From NCBI GenBank assembly GCA_045597465.1, contig JAZLKG010000035.1:51740-115739 (forward strand): 64,000 bases of DNA, written 5' to 3'. The notes under the pieces were generated by a model. The model ran no database searches, was not told where the DNA came from, and saw nothing but the letters and a program-made list of their open reading frames with translations. The DNA is from Bacteroidales bacterium. GTDB lineage: Bacteria; Bacteroidota; Bacteroidia; Bacteroidales; UBA3824. A program made the translations under genes and the position numbers. This document shows, piece after piece, positions 1-9,482 of the stretch; position 1 is the first letter of the stretch, and every line of letters begins with the position of its first letter.

Positions 1-895
1 ACAAAGCCTGATATGCCAAAGAAACTGAATCGATATTATAATCATTATTGTTGTTGACATAAGTATTTATCAAAGTCAATTTCTTATCGAGGGAGGCGGT
101 CATATCGTTGCGGAAAGACTCAATGAGATTTAAATAAAACAAATCCATCTTACCACTTGATCGGTAAACGAATCTATCATCGAGTTGTCCTGATACAGAA
201 TTTGGTCTCAACTGATCAATTTTATTTTGAAGTAGTTGAATTTCAGCTTGTTTGTTATAGCGAGAATAAAAAGATTTAAGTAAATACAGATTCTTCAAAT
301 TGGAGTCATCTATACGAGAAAGTTTAGTAAACTCTACTTCTGCATTTTTTAAGTCCCTGATACTCTCATAATCGCATGCAAGTGCGAATCCAAGTTCTTC
401 ATTGTAACCAAAAACATCAATCATTTTCTTAAGAACCTCAATTTTCTTTTTAGAAAAATGAAGATCGTCGCAAATTGTATAAAATAATAAATAATCGTCG
501 TAACTTGGATTTTCTGGAATCGACTTTTCATAATACTGAATAGCCATATCAGAATTTCCTGATACTTCATATAACTTAGCAAGCAAAAACGAATAAGACT
601 TGTTGCCAGGACAAAGGGAATAAGCCTTCTGGGCAAAATGAATAGCAGCACCAAAATCATCTTGAAGATGATAGATGCGGGCAAGCTGAAAACATGCAGC
701 GGAAGAATTGGGATTAATCTTTAAACATTTATTGAGGCAAGAAACAGCATGCTGATACTCACCTCTCAATATATGCACTCCGGATTGAGACAACAAATTA
801 CTAAACTCAACCTCTGGCGGAAGATTCTGGGCTACCGACGAGGAAGAGTTTAACGTGAAACAAAGTAAAAATAATATGACAATATTAAGTCTCAT
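1..895 (-). CDS. TPR-repeat secreted protein (N-terminus complete, C-terminal part runs off the window start)
   Basis: My own translation of the minus strand from ATG 895-893 stays open to position 1. It is absent from the ORF track because it is truncated. It has a signal-like N-terminus ([23 protein letters not shown]) followed by TPR-like repeats ([50 protein letters not shown]). The start overlaps the dut stop as ATGA. Confidence 0.6.
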   Translation of the reverse strand, partial: MRLNIVILFLLCFTLNSSSSVAQNLPPEVEFSNLLSQSGVHILRGEYQHAVSCLNKCLKINPNSSAACFQLARIYHLQDDFGAAIHFAQKAYSLCPGNKSYSFLLAKLYEVSGNSDMAIQYYEKSIPENPSYDDYLLFYTICDDLHFSKKKIEVLKKMIDVFGYNEELGFALACDYESIRDLKNAEVEFTKLSRIDDSNLKNLYLLKSFYSRYNKQAEIQLLQNKIDQLRPNSVSGQLDDRFVYRSSGKMDLFYLNLIESFRNDMTASLDKKLTLINTYVNNNNDYNIDSVSLAYQAL

Positions 896-1323
896 ACACC
901 TGTATGTCCAAATCCTCCATCTGAACGAACAGTGTCAGACAAAGATTCAACTACTTGTAAATCAGCTTTTTCATATTTGGCTATAACCATCTGACAAATC
1001 CTATCACCTGAATGTACGGTGAAAACCTGATCTGAGAGATTCACGAGTATAACCTTAATCTCACCACGATAGTCAGCATCGATGGTGCCAGGAGAATTTA
1101 GAACTGTGATTCCAGACTTGATAGCAAGACCTGAGCGAGGACGAATCTGGGCCTCGTATTGTTCTGGCAATTCTATAAAAAGTCCTGTCGGAATCAAAAC
1201 TCTCTCCAAGGGTTTGATCTCGACATCAGAATCCAAATTTGCACATAAATCCATACCGGCCGAATATTCTGTTGAATATTTGGGCAATGGATTTTTGCTT
1301 TTATTTATAATGTTGACTATCAT
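892..1323 (-). CDS. dut: dUTP diphosphatase
   Basis: 143 aa with classic dUTPase motifs: [22 protein letters not shown] and the C-terminal SDGGFGHTG. Confidence 0.95.
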   Translation of the reverse strand: MIVNIINKSKNPLPKYSTEYSAGMDLCANLDSDVEIKPLERVLIPTGLFIELPEQYEAQIRPRSGLAIKSGITVLNSPGTIDADYRGEIKVILVNLSDQVFTVHSGDRICQMVIAKYEKADLQVVESLSDTVRSDGGFGHTGV

Positions 1324-1386
1324 AATATTACCAAAAATTTAAGTAATTAATATGCAAATTATCACACATACAAAATTAAAGAAAAA

Positions 1387-2892
1387 TCATCGCTTTAGCA
1401 ATTTATTAATCAATTTTTTTGTTGGTTCAGCAAGTTTTTCAACTTTGAAGACAATCAACGCAAAACTTATGATTATCAATGTATTAATAGCAAGTTTAGG
1501 CATAAGGGACAAAGCATCGGCAAACTGCATGCATATATAGCAAACAGCAGCCAAAACCGTGAAGAGGATAATCCCCTTGAAATCATATTCACAAGGCAAA
1601 TACTTACGGCCCCATACAAATGTTATCAACAACATTACAGCATAACAGATAACATTGGCCCAGGCACATGTAATATAGCCAAAGATTGGGACAAAGATAA
1701 CATCTACTGCAATAGTAATGACACTGCCAATCAGGAATATGTAAATACCGTAAACTGTCTTGTTAGATAGCTTATACCAAAATGACTGAAGATAAACCAA
1801 ACCTACAAGAAGATGACCTATCAACAAAAGAGGCACAATATCCAAAGCCTCCCAATAACTTTCTGATATAAAATGTTTTACAATATCGATATAACCCATA
1901 ATTCCCAGGAAGATAAACAAACCAAAAATCAAAAGGTATTTGTTGATCTGGGCAAACATGGGATTAAAACCGGGAGTCCCTTTCTGAGAGAAGAAGAATG
2001 GATCGGCCGCATATCTGAAACATTGTATAAATAATGTCATAAGAACAGCTATTTTTGTATTTGCACCGTAGATACCTAAAACACTGCGGATGTACGAAGT
2101 AGAATCAGTTATCTCAACAGGAACTTTATAGAATTGCTCTATGGCTATTCTATCAAAAAACTCGTTGATCATTCCGGCCAATCCTGAAATTATCAATGGC
2201 AAAGAATATAAAAGCATACGTTTGAGAAGGCTGAAATCGAATGAGAATTTTAGCCTGATATATTCAGGAATAAAGAACAAGAGATTGATGAAAGACGCAA
2301 CCAAATTTGCTATGAATACATAACCTACACCAATCTCAGGATTGTAAATAGAGGCAAAAATCTCTGAATTTTCAGCCAATTTGGGAAGCCAGAGAATGAA
2401 AAACAAGTTGAGACCTATCTGAACGAAGATATTTATCAACTTGAAGATTGCAAACTTCATGGCCTTGTTTTGCTGACGGAGACGTGCAAATGGTATGGAG
2501 GTAAAAGCATCAAGACCAAGTATCAGCACGATATAAATCACATAATCGGAATGCCCGGCAAAATCGAGTGCATCAGCAATCTGAGAAGACAGGAAAACTC
2601 CTGCCAAAATAAACAACGAACTTGTGGTAAACAAGGAAGTTGAAGCTGTTGAGAAAACCTTGTCGGGATCTTTTTCAGTCTTGCTGAAATTGAAGAAACC
2701 AGTCTCCATACCATACGTGAGTAGAATCATGAGAAACGACACGTATGTATACATTACTACTACCACTCCATACTCCTCGGTTGCGAAGCAACGGGTGTAG
2801 AGCGGTACAAGAAAATAATTCAGTATACGGCCAACAATGGAACTGATACCATACACAACAGTTTGATTAGCAAGCTGTTTAAGTTTTCCCAT
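1387..2892 (-). CDS. Polysaccharide biosynthesis / oligosaccharide flippase family protein (MOP/Wzx-like)
   Basis: 501 aa and hydrophobic throughout, with roughly 12-14 TM segments. The N-terminus QTVVYGISSIVGRILNYFLVPLYTR is typical of MOP-superfamily polysaccharide exporters. Confidence 0.7.
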   Translation of the reverse strand: MGKLKQLANQTVVYGISSIVGRILNYFLVPLYTRCFATEEYGVVVVMYTYVSFLMILLTYGMETGFFNFSKTEKDPDKVFSTASTSLFTTSSLFILAGVFLSSQIADALDFAGHSDYVIYIVLILGLDAFTSIPFARLRQQNKAMKFAIFKLINIFVQIGLNLFFILWLPKLAENSEIFASIYNPEIGVGYVFIANLVASFINLLFFIPEYIRLKFSFDFSLLKRMLLYSLPLIISGLAGMINEFFDRIAIEQFYKVPVEITDSTSYIRSVLGIYGANTKIAVLMTLFIQCFRYAADPFFFSQKGTPGFNPMFAQINKYLLIFGLFIFLGIMGYIDIVKHFISESYWEALDIVPLLLIGHLLVGLVYLQSFWYKLSNKTVYGIYIFLIGSVITIAVDVIFVPIFGYITCAWANVICYAVMLLITFVWGRKYLPCEYDFKGIILFTVLAAVCYICMQFADALSLMPKLAINTLIIISFALIVFKVEKLAEPTKKLINKLLKR

Positions 2893-2966
2893 AAGTTTGA
2901 TGTTTAAAAAATTAAATACAAATGTACAAAACTAAAATCAAATAATGAAAAACACTTTAGATATCT

Positions 2967-4100
2967 CTAAACGAAAAACTCAGAAATGATATAGTCCGAA
3001 ATGTAAAAACCATCAAGGTTAAGGTTTACATAATCGCCATTAAATTCAAAATAATCAATTAAATCTCTACGGGAGAGATTTTTCTCAAAAGAAGGAAAAT
3101 AACTATGAAAATTTGTTTTTAAATAGGGAATATGCACACCCAAAGAAGTACGGAACCTCAGCATGATATACTCATTGTACAAATCGTCGGAAGAAAGCTG
3201 TTCTACTTCATCAAATGGCTGATGCTTATTGATTTGATCATGATATTGACTGATACCGCGTACATTCCATCCACGCTTACTGTCAAAATAGGAATGAGCC
3301 GATGGTCCAAATCCCAGGTATGGAACATTGTTCCAATAATTGGAGTTGTGACGTGAATGCATACCAGTTTTGCAATAGTTAGATATCTCATAGTGCTGAT
3401 ATCCAAGACTTTGCAACAAATGATGAATCTGCTGGAATTGAGAAAGGAAAAATTCATCATCCATCTTCCGGATCTTTCCATGACGGAGTTTCAGCATGAA
3501 AGGCGTATTATCCTCTATACCAAGGCTGTAGGCAGAAATATGAGGAACACCACGGGAGGCAAGAATGCGAAAACTTCTATCAATCTCGGACTCGGTAAGT
3601 ATCTCATAACCAAAGATATAATCAACAGAAAAATTTGAAAAAGCATACTTCTCGCATAGATCAAGATAACGGTAATTATCCAATACCGAATGATTGCGGC
3701 CAAGATATGCAAGTCCAGCATCATCCATAGCTTGAAAACCAGTGCTGAGGCGGTTGATAAAGCCGGAGGACCGCATATCAGCAAAATAAGAATCTGTAGC
3801 GTGCTCAGGGTTTATCTCTATTGTGCATTCAATATCAACAGCAAGATTGTATGAACGCGATATAGACTCGAATATCCGGCTAAGTGCTGATACCGGCAGA
3901 ATGGATGGAGTGCCACCGCCGAAATATACAGTCTCAATAGTCTGATTATTAAAAAGATAAGATTTTTCTTCCAATTCAGTGGTAATACTGTTTAGGAAAT
4001 TATCTATAAAAGCGTTATCTTTGCGAAACCTAACAGAGAAGAAGTCGCAATATCCGCATTTTTTCTCGCAAAAAGGTATATGAATATACAAACCGGCCAT
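2967..4100 (-). CDS. hemW: Radical SAM family heme chaperone / oxygen-independent coproporphyrinogen III oxidase-like protein
   Basis: The radical SAM CxxxCxxC motif (CEKKCGYCDF) follows directly after MAGLYIHIPFC, and the length and architecture match HemN/HemW. I trimmed the ORF-track start (4193) to ATG 4100-4098. Confidence 0.85.
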   Translation of the reverse strand: MAGLYIHIPFCEKKCGYCDFFSVRFRKDNAFIDNFLNSITTELEEKSYLFNNQTIETVYFGGGTPSILPVSALSRIFESISRSYNLAVDIECTIEINPEHATDSYFADMRSSGFINRLSTGFQAMDDAGLAYLGRNHSVLDNYRYLDLCEKYAFSNFSVDYIFGYEILTESEIDRSFRILASRGVPHISAYSLGIEDNTPFMLKLRHGKIRKMDDEFFLSQFQQIHHLLQSLGYQHYEISNYCKTGMHSRHNSNYWNNVPYLGFGPSAHSYFDSKRGWNVRGISQYHDQINKHQPFDEVEQLSSDDLYNEYIMLRFRTSLGVHIPYLKTNFHSYFPSFEKNLSRRDLIDYFEFNGDYVNLNLDGFYISDYIISEFFV

Positions 4101-4452
4101 GATGGAAAAAATTAAGCGTTTCAAATTCAGCATATTATGGTCAATAATAATGCTGATAGGCTGCACGGCAAAACTCGGCGACGAACTACCCAAAGAGCCA
4201 ATGATACCATATCAGGACAAGATTGTCCACTTTGCGATATTTGGAATCATGGGTTTCATAATGATCGCCGAAAAGAGGAAAACTGACTGTAATACTCTGA
4301 TAATATGCACATTATATGGCATACTGATAGAGATAATACAATCATTCCTGCCTTGGCGCAGCTTCGAGATCCTCGACATGGTGTTCGACTCATTGGGCGC
4401 TGTGGCAGGAATTATTGCAGCCAAGTATCTGCTTAAAAACAGAATTAACTGA
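4099..4452 (+). CDS. VanZ-like family membrane protein
   Basis: 117 aa with 3-4 TM helices and a DKIVHFAIFG motif of the VanZ-like type. Its ATG (4099-4101) overlaps the divergent hemW start codon; an alternative ATG lies at 4102. Confidence 0.6.
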   Translation: MMEKIKRFKFSILWSIIMLIGCTAKLGDELPKEPMIPYQDKIVHFAIFGIMGFIMIAEKRKTDCNTLIICTLYGILIEIIQSFLPWRSFEILDMVFDSLGAVAGIIAAKYLLKNRIN

Positions 4453-4459
4453 TAGAGAA

Positions 4460-4900
4460 TTACTTAACAGGCATTTTCTCTATACGGCGCTGATGACGGC
4501 CACCCTCGAACTCAGTATTGAGGAAAGCCTCAAGAATCTTGATGGCCTCGTCCTGAGAGATAAAGCGGGCAGGCATCGAAAGCACGTTGGCATTGTTGTG
4601 AGAACGGGCAAGACGCGAAATCTCCTCGTTCCAGCACAATGCTGCACGGATACCCTGATGCTTGTTGGCAGTCATGGAAATACCATTGCCAGAACCGCAG
4701 ATTGTAATGCCGTAAAAGTCGGGATCCTTCTCAACCTCGATGGCGAGTGGATGGGCATAATCGGCATAATCGCAGCTCTCTGAAGAGTTGGTGCCAAGAT
4801 CGGTAACATCGAAACCCTTCTTTACGAGGTAATCCTTCACGAAGAGTTTCAGCTCGTAGCCTGCGTGGTCGGAGGCCATAAACAATTTGGTGATTTTCAT
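4460..4900 (-). CDS. rpiB: Ribose-5-phosphate isomerase B
   Basis: 146 aa with RpiB/LacAB signatures ASDHAGYELK and CGSGNGISMTANK. Confidence 0.9.
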   Translation of the reverse strand: MKITKLFMASDHAGYELKLFVKDYLVKKGFDVTDLGTNSSESCDYADYAHPLAIEVEKDPDFYGITICGSGNGISMTANKHQGIRAALCWNEEISRLARSHNNANVLSMPARFISQDEAIKILEAFLNTEFEGGRHQRRIEKMPVK

Positions 4901-4939
4901 AATGTTGTAGTATATTTGTTGATAAAAAACTTTGCAAAT

Positions 4940-5457
4940 ACAGCATTGTGGATAACGAGGAAAACACCAGAAAACTCAAACTGTTGAAAATTAGAGTATT
5001 AGCGTAATTAACAAAGTGTAATCTACACTATCCATTATGTTAGTATTCAGTGAATTACAAAGGTTATAAACAAGGTTTGTTTATAACGCTGTTGAAAACT
5101 GTTGATAAAAGATATGGCAATGTTGATAATTTGGAAAACCCAAAAGATTATCCACAAAAGTCAAAAATTATACACAACATTTCAACAAGTTTTCCACAGA
5201 AAATCAAAATTCACACAAAAGCATGTTATTAACATGCAAAAGCATGAGCATTGACTGTTGATATGTTGATAACTTTCACAAACAACAGAGTATCAGCAAA
5301 TTGATATTCACATACATTGTTGAGAAAAGCATCAGCACTGTGGAAAACCCGATAGCAAAATTAAAGCAAAAAAAGTTATCCACAATATCAACAGGCAATA
5401 AAAATAATCATAAGATAAAAAAATAAAAAAAATTATAATTATAAAAATCCGGAAAAC
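4940..5457. other. Candidate chromosomal replication origin (DnaA-box cluster plus AT-rich tract)
   Basis: Perfect TTATCCACA boxes lie at 4947-4955(-), 5148-5156(+) and 5376-5384(+). One-mismatch boxes lie at 5100-5108, 5121-5129 and 5264-5272 (TTATCAACA, -), 5168-5176 (TTATACACA, +), 5190-5198 (+) and 5339-5347 (-) (both TTTTCCACA). A nearly pure A/T run follows at 5395-5450. Confidence 0.55.
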
Positions 5458-5458
5458 G

Positions 5459-6445
5459 ATGGAAAAGACTTTGAAACCCACCCTCAAGAACGGCCACATA
5501 GACATGCCGGTTCCAGAGGGAACCGACCTGAAGGCCGAGATTGCAAGAATGAAGAAAGAGAAAAACGCCGTGATACTGGCGCACTATTATACAACTGCCG
5601 AGGTGCAGGAGATAGCGGACTATACCGGCGACAGCCTTGGCCTCAGCCAGCAGGCAGCCAAGACCGATGCTGATATCATCCTGTTTGCAGGTGTGCATTT
5701 CATGGCTGAAACTGCCAAGATACTGTCTCCCAACAAGAAGGTGATAATTCCAGACCTGGCTACAAGCTGCTCGCTGGCAGACAGCGTTACCGAGCGCGCC
5801 CTGGCCGAATGCAAAAAGAAGTATCCGGACCATACCGTGATATCCTACGTAAACACCACTGCCGAGGTAAAAGCCCTCACCGACATTGTGGTAACCTCCA
5901 GCAACGCAATAAAGATAGTTAGCCAACTGCCTGAGGACGAGAAGATTATATTCGGTCCTGATAAAAACCTGGGCAATTATGTGAAAAAGGTTACCGGCCG
6001 CAGCAATATGGTTATCTGGGATGGCGGATGCCATGTACATGACCATTTCGACGCTGATGCCCTGCGCAGACTGAAGGCCGAGCATCCTAACGCCAAGGTG
6101 CTGGCCCATCCAGAGTGCAACGAGAGCATACTTGACCAGGCCGATGTGATAGGCGCTACATCCACATTGCTGAAGGCTACCTGTGATATGCCTGATACTG
6201 AGTTTATTGTGGCTACCGAACCTGGCATATTCTATGAGATGATGAAGCGCAATCCCGGCAAGACATACATTCCTGTGCCCAACGAGAATGGCCATCCATA
6301 CAATGTTTGTCAGAATATGAAGCGCAACAATCTTGTAAAGATCTACAACACACTTAAATACGAGTTTCCAGAGGTGGATGTGCCCGAGGCCCTCAGCTCC
6401 AAGGCCGTAAACTGCATCACCCGCATGATGGATATGAGCAAGTAA
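5459..6445 (+). CDS. nadA: Quinolinate synthase A
   Basis: 328 aa with NadA hallmarks (ILAHYYT, GVHFMAETAKIL, three-fold repeat architecture). Confidence 0.95.
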   Translation: MEKTLKPTLKNGHIDMPVPEGTDLKAEIARMKKEKNAVILAHYYTTAEVQEIADYTGDSLGLSQQAAKTDADIILFAGVHFMAETAKILSPNKKVIIPDLATSCSLADSVTERALAECKKKYPDHTVISYVNTTAEVKALTDIVVTSSNAIKIVSQLPEDEKIIFGPDKNLGNYVKKVTGRSNMVIWDGGCHVHDHFDADALRRLKAEHPNAKVLAHPECNESILDQADVIGATSTLLKATCDMPDTEFIVATEPGIFYEMMKRNPGKTYIPVPNENGHPYNVCQNMKRNNLVKIYNTLKYEFPEVDVPEALSSKAVNCITRMMDMSK

Positions 6446-6476
6446 TCAATCGTTTAATTATCAATTATACAGTAGT

Positions 6477-8024
6477 ATGAAGAAGGCATTTTTGGTGATG
6501 GTGGCCCTGATGCTTGCGGTAAGCGCGGGCATGGCTCAAAACCAGATAGTGGCCAATGGCTACAACAAGTTTCTGTATCCCGACGGCAGCGTATCCAGCG
6601 AAGGCACCCTGCGCGACGGCAAGCCAGACGGATTCTGGAAGACATATTATCCAAATGGAAAGCTGAAGTCGGCAGGCAAACGCACTAATTTCCTGCTTGA
6701 CAGCACTTGGATTTTCCTGGACGAGAGCGGCGATACTACCAGCCTTGTCAACTACATGTTTGGTAAGAAAAACGGATATTGCTTTGTGTATGAGACATAT
6801 ATCGACAGCATCAGCCACAATGTTATAAAAGCCAAGGAACTCTACCGCGAAGACAAGCGTCAGGGATATGCCTTCTATTACAAAAAAGGCCGTTTGGACA
6901 GCGAAATTCCCTTCAAGGACGATAGAAAACATGGCGAAGGGTATCAGTACGACAAAGATGGCACTATCGTCGCAATTCTGACCTATAAATACAACGATCT
7001 CGTGGACCGTACCATTATCAACAGAATTGACGAAAACGGGCTAAAACAGGGCGTTTTCCGCACTTTCTACCCCGATAAGAAGGTAAGGACCGAATGCTAT
7101 TACAAGGACGGCAAGCTAAACGGATATTTCCGCGAGTTCGACAACCGTGGAAAGGAAGTATCAGCCCTGAGATACATAGACGGCAATCTCCAAAACGAGA
7201 GCAAGAACCAGCTCGCCGCCGACAACTCCGCAGCCAAGGTCAAGATAGAATATAATGATAACGGAACCATCAAGAAATCAGGTGCTTACAAAGACAACAA
7301 GCCTGTGGGAGTACACCGTACATACAATGCCGACGGCAAGATAAACGGCGGACAGCTCTTCGACGACAACGGAGTAAAGGTGGCAGACGGAGTAACCGAC
7401 GGCCGTGGCCGCGAGCAGGGCAAGTGGACCATATACGACAGCACAGGAGCTGTGAGGGCCAAGGGGCAATACAAGAACGGCAAGCGCGAGGGACAGTGGT
7501 ATTTCTATTTTCCCGACGGCAAGACCGAGCAGGAGGGTGTCTACAAGGATGGTAAACCTGACGGCAAATGGATGTGGTATTTTGCCGATGGCAAAACACG
7601 CAGGGCCGAATCTTTCGTGAACGGCAAGGAGGACGGCCTCTACTATGAGCTTAGCAACGCAGGCGATACATTGAATGTGGGCGAGTACATCGAGGGCGAC
7701 AAGGACGGCACATGGAAATACATTACCGGCGATGCCCTGGTGGTGGAAAACTGGAAAGACGGCATTCAGCATGGCGACTACATTGTCTACAATCTGCCCG
7801 GAATGTCGGTCCGCACTGTCTCCAAATACCTGAATGGCAATCTGCACGGCAAGTTTGTGGAATATTATGACAATGGCAAGGTATATAGGGAAGGCACCTA
7901 CATGGGTGGCAACCAAAACGGCGTCTGGAAAATATATACCGAGGAGGGACTGGAAGAAACCACTCTGGAATACACTCAGGGCGAGATTTCCAAGGTGGAT
8001 GGCAAGGAAATGCCAAGGAAATAG
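6477..8024 (+). CDS. Secreted MORN-variant repeat protein (YwqK-type repeats)
   Basis: 515 aa with a signal peptide (MKKAFLVMVALMLAVSAGMAQ) and many tandem repeats of about 23 aa of the form G.W..YY.NGK....G.Y..GK..G.W. Confidence 0.7.
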   Translation: MKKAFLVMVALMLAVSAGMAQNQIVANGYNKFLYPDGSVSSEGTLRDGKPDGFWKTYYPNGKLKSAGKRTNFLLDSTWIFLDESGDTTSLVNYMFGKKNGYCFVYETYIDSISHNVIKAKELYREDKRQGYAFYYKKGRLDSEIPFKDDRKHGEGYQYDKDGTIVAILTYKYNDLVDRTIINRIDENGLKQGVFRTFYPDKKVRTECYYKDGKLNGYFREFDNRGKEVSALRYIDGNLQNESKNQLAADNSAAKVKIEYNDNGTIKKSGAYKDNKPVGVHRTYNADGKINGGQLFDDNGVKVADGVTDGRGREQGKWTIYDSTGAVRAKGQYKNGKREGQWYFYFPDGKTEQEGVYKDGKPDGKWMWYFADGKTRRAESFVNGKEDGLYYELSNAGDTLNVGEYIEGDKDGTWKYITGDALVVENWKDGIQHGDYIVYNLPGMSVRTVSKYLNGNLHGKFVEYYDNGKVYREGTYMGGNQNGVWKIYTEEGLEETTLEYTQGEISKVDGKEMPRK

Positions 8025-8072
8025 AGTTAGTAGTAGTTAGTTAGTCGATCGACTAACTAACTACTAACTACT
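8025..8072. terminator. 36-bp perfect palindrome between convergent genes (bidirectional terminator-like)
   Basis: Bases 8031-8066 (TAGTAGTTAGTTAGTCGA|TCGACTAACTAACTACTA) are perfectly self-complementary, and bulges extend the pairing to 8025-8072. There is no U-tract. Both flanking genes end in TAG at the palindrome edges. Confidence 0.45.
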
Positions 8073-8367
8073 ACTTACCCAAAGCCTTTTCTACGTTTTT
8101 GCGGATGGCGTCTTCTATGATGCCAGAGAAAGGCAGTGCGAAGAATGGGACTGATCCCTTTACTATTACATCTTTGTTGGTGACCTCTATGGTGCCGGCG
8201 AGCTTCATACCGTTGAACGAGCATGTGTATTTGCCCTGGTTGCCGCTCCATTCCTCCTTGAGGTCCTGTACCTTGTCGCCGTACTCGGCCTTTAGCTGGC
8301 TCATCATGTTCTGGGCCTTCTGAAATGCCTCTTCCTGTGCAAACTGGTGATTTACTTTTACTTCCAT
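8071..8367 (-). CDS. Small protein resembling the polyhydroxyalkanoic-acid-system family (PHA_gran_rgn-like)
   Basis: 98 aa. The pattern ..GTIEVTNKDVIVKGSVPFFALPFSGIIEDAIRKNVEKAL matches, from memory, the conserved core of that roughly 90-aa family. The family assignment is tentative. Confidence 0.55.
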   Translation of the reverse strand: MEVKVNHQFAQEEAFQKAQNMMSQLKAEYGDKVQDLKEEWSGNQGKYTCSFNGMKLAGTIEVTNKDVIVKGSVPFFALPFSGIIEDAIRKNVEKALGK

Positions 8368-8406
8368 TTTGTCTGTAGTTTTTTGTTGATATTATATTAC
8401 CAAAGG

Positions 8407-8414
8407 CAAATATA
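8407..8414 (-). promoter_or_regulatory. Bacteroidota -7 promoter box TATATTTG
   Basis: The reverse complement of CAAATATA is a perfect TAnnTTTG, about 40 nt upstream of the start at 8367. Confidence 0.5.
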
Positions 8415-8462
8415 GTTACAAATTGCATTCCTGCAAAAAATTTTTTTTGCCACTCTCCTACT

Positions 8463-9482
8463 CTATTGGAAATATTCGTCGACAAATGAAGCGAAATTCG
8501 TCAAACTCTCTTTGCTGATTCCGTATATGTAGTAGCTGATGTCGGGATAGCTCTTTATGAGTGTGTAATACAGAAACTCGTCCAGAAGGTCGTTTTGCAG
8601 CAGCGAGCAAAAGAAATCGAGGTAGAAGTCGGAATGTGTCCATTCGTCTCTGTTTTCATTGCACGTAGCCGATTCGCATATCTTAATGATGAGGTTTCTC
8701 GAGTTTTCTATAAAGCATTCCGCGTTATCCAGCAGATTCTCTGTATCAGCCTCACACTTTTGGGTATCGCTCAGGAAAGCCATTGCCCAGTAAAGCTGAA
8801 TGTCGGTATCGCTTGCAGTGGAATCGTTGTTGTAGATCACATCCTGCATAGCGTCGCGAACGTTGCGGTTTTGCGATATCAGTTGCTGTATCTTCCTTAC
8901 ACTCTGTTGGTTTGGCGATATCATCAGCTGAAAATAGTCAGACATAAGGCATTGGATGAAATGCCGTTGCTGAAGCTCGTACTGCGATATCAGGAAATGC
9001 GCCGCCCTGTTGAACGGGCCGCACTTTATGGTTTTGCAAAACTGTTTTCCTGTCATCACGCTGTTTCCCGGCATCTCGCTGTAAAGCATTGCAAGATATA
9101 GATTTATGTTGTAGTCGTTGGGAAATCTGGAAAGCAGACTGTTGTACAGGCTCTCCTCCTCCTCTACCCTGCCCTCCTGATGCAGCACAGTACCTTTCAC
9201 TATTGCCGCCTCGCGCGAGTAGTCACCCTTCATGTCCAGGCATTCCGACGAATATTTGCTGGCTTGTCTGTAGTTGCCAATTGCCAGATAGTTTTTGGCA
9301 AGGTTTAGGCATACAAGCTCCTTCATGTCGTTGGTGGAATACAGGTCGATGAGTTGTTTGTTGCTTTTCCCATATTCTTTTTCGGCCTGATACTGGAGCG
9401 CAATCTTTAGTTTTTCCTCCGCTGTCTGACTTTTGGCCTCCATAGAGAAAAAAATGACTAATAATAAAATAAATGCTCTCAT
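8463..9482 (-). CDS. Secreted TPR-like hypothetical protein
   Basis: 339 aa with a signal peptide (MRAFILLLVIFFSMEAKSQ) and TPR-like segments (LNLAKNYLAIGNYRQASKYSSECL). Its start overlaps the upstream HAD gene stop as ATGA. Confidence 0.6.
   Translation of the reverse strand: MRAFILLLVIFFSMEAKSQTAEEKLKIALQYQAEKEYGKSNKQLIDLYSTNDMKELVCLNLAKNYLAIGNYRQASKYSSECLDMKGDYSREAAIVKGTVLHQEGRVEEEESLYNSLLSRFPNDYNINLYLAMLYSEMPGNSVMTGKQFCKTIKCGPFNRAAHFLISQYELQQRHFIQCLMSDYFQLMISPNQQSVRKIQQLISQNRNVRDAMQDVIYNNDSTASDTDIQLYWAMAFLSDTQKCEADTENLLDNAECFIENSRNLIIKICESATCNENRDEWTHSDFYLDFFCSLLQNDLLDEFLYYTLIKSYPDISYYIYGISKESLTNFASFVDEYFQ

Noticed and set aside
421-684. 87-aa minus-strand ORF from the track.
   Set aside because: It is an alternative frame inside the TPR protein gene that I translated from 895 to 1. 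The TPR frame has a signal peptide and repeats, whereas this one is hydrophobic noise.
6477-8024. Treating the MORN/YwqK-type proteins (also 14735-15682) as antitoxins of a toxin-antitoxin pair.
   Set aside because: Both have signal peptides and no adjacent toxin gene. The antitoxin label attached to this repeat family is not supported by context here.
8075-8485. 136-aa minus-strand ORF overlapping the 98-aa gene.
   Set aside because: Its product is Arg/Gly/Gln-rich low-complexity sequence. The 98-aa frame has a coherent family-like sequence and a promoter box at the right distance.
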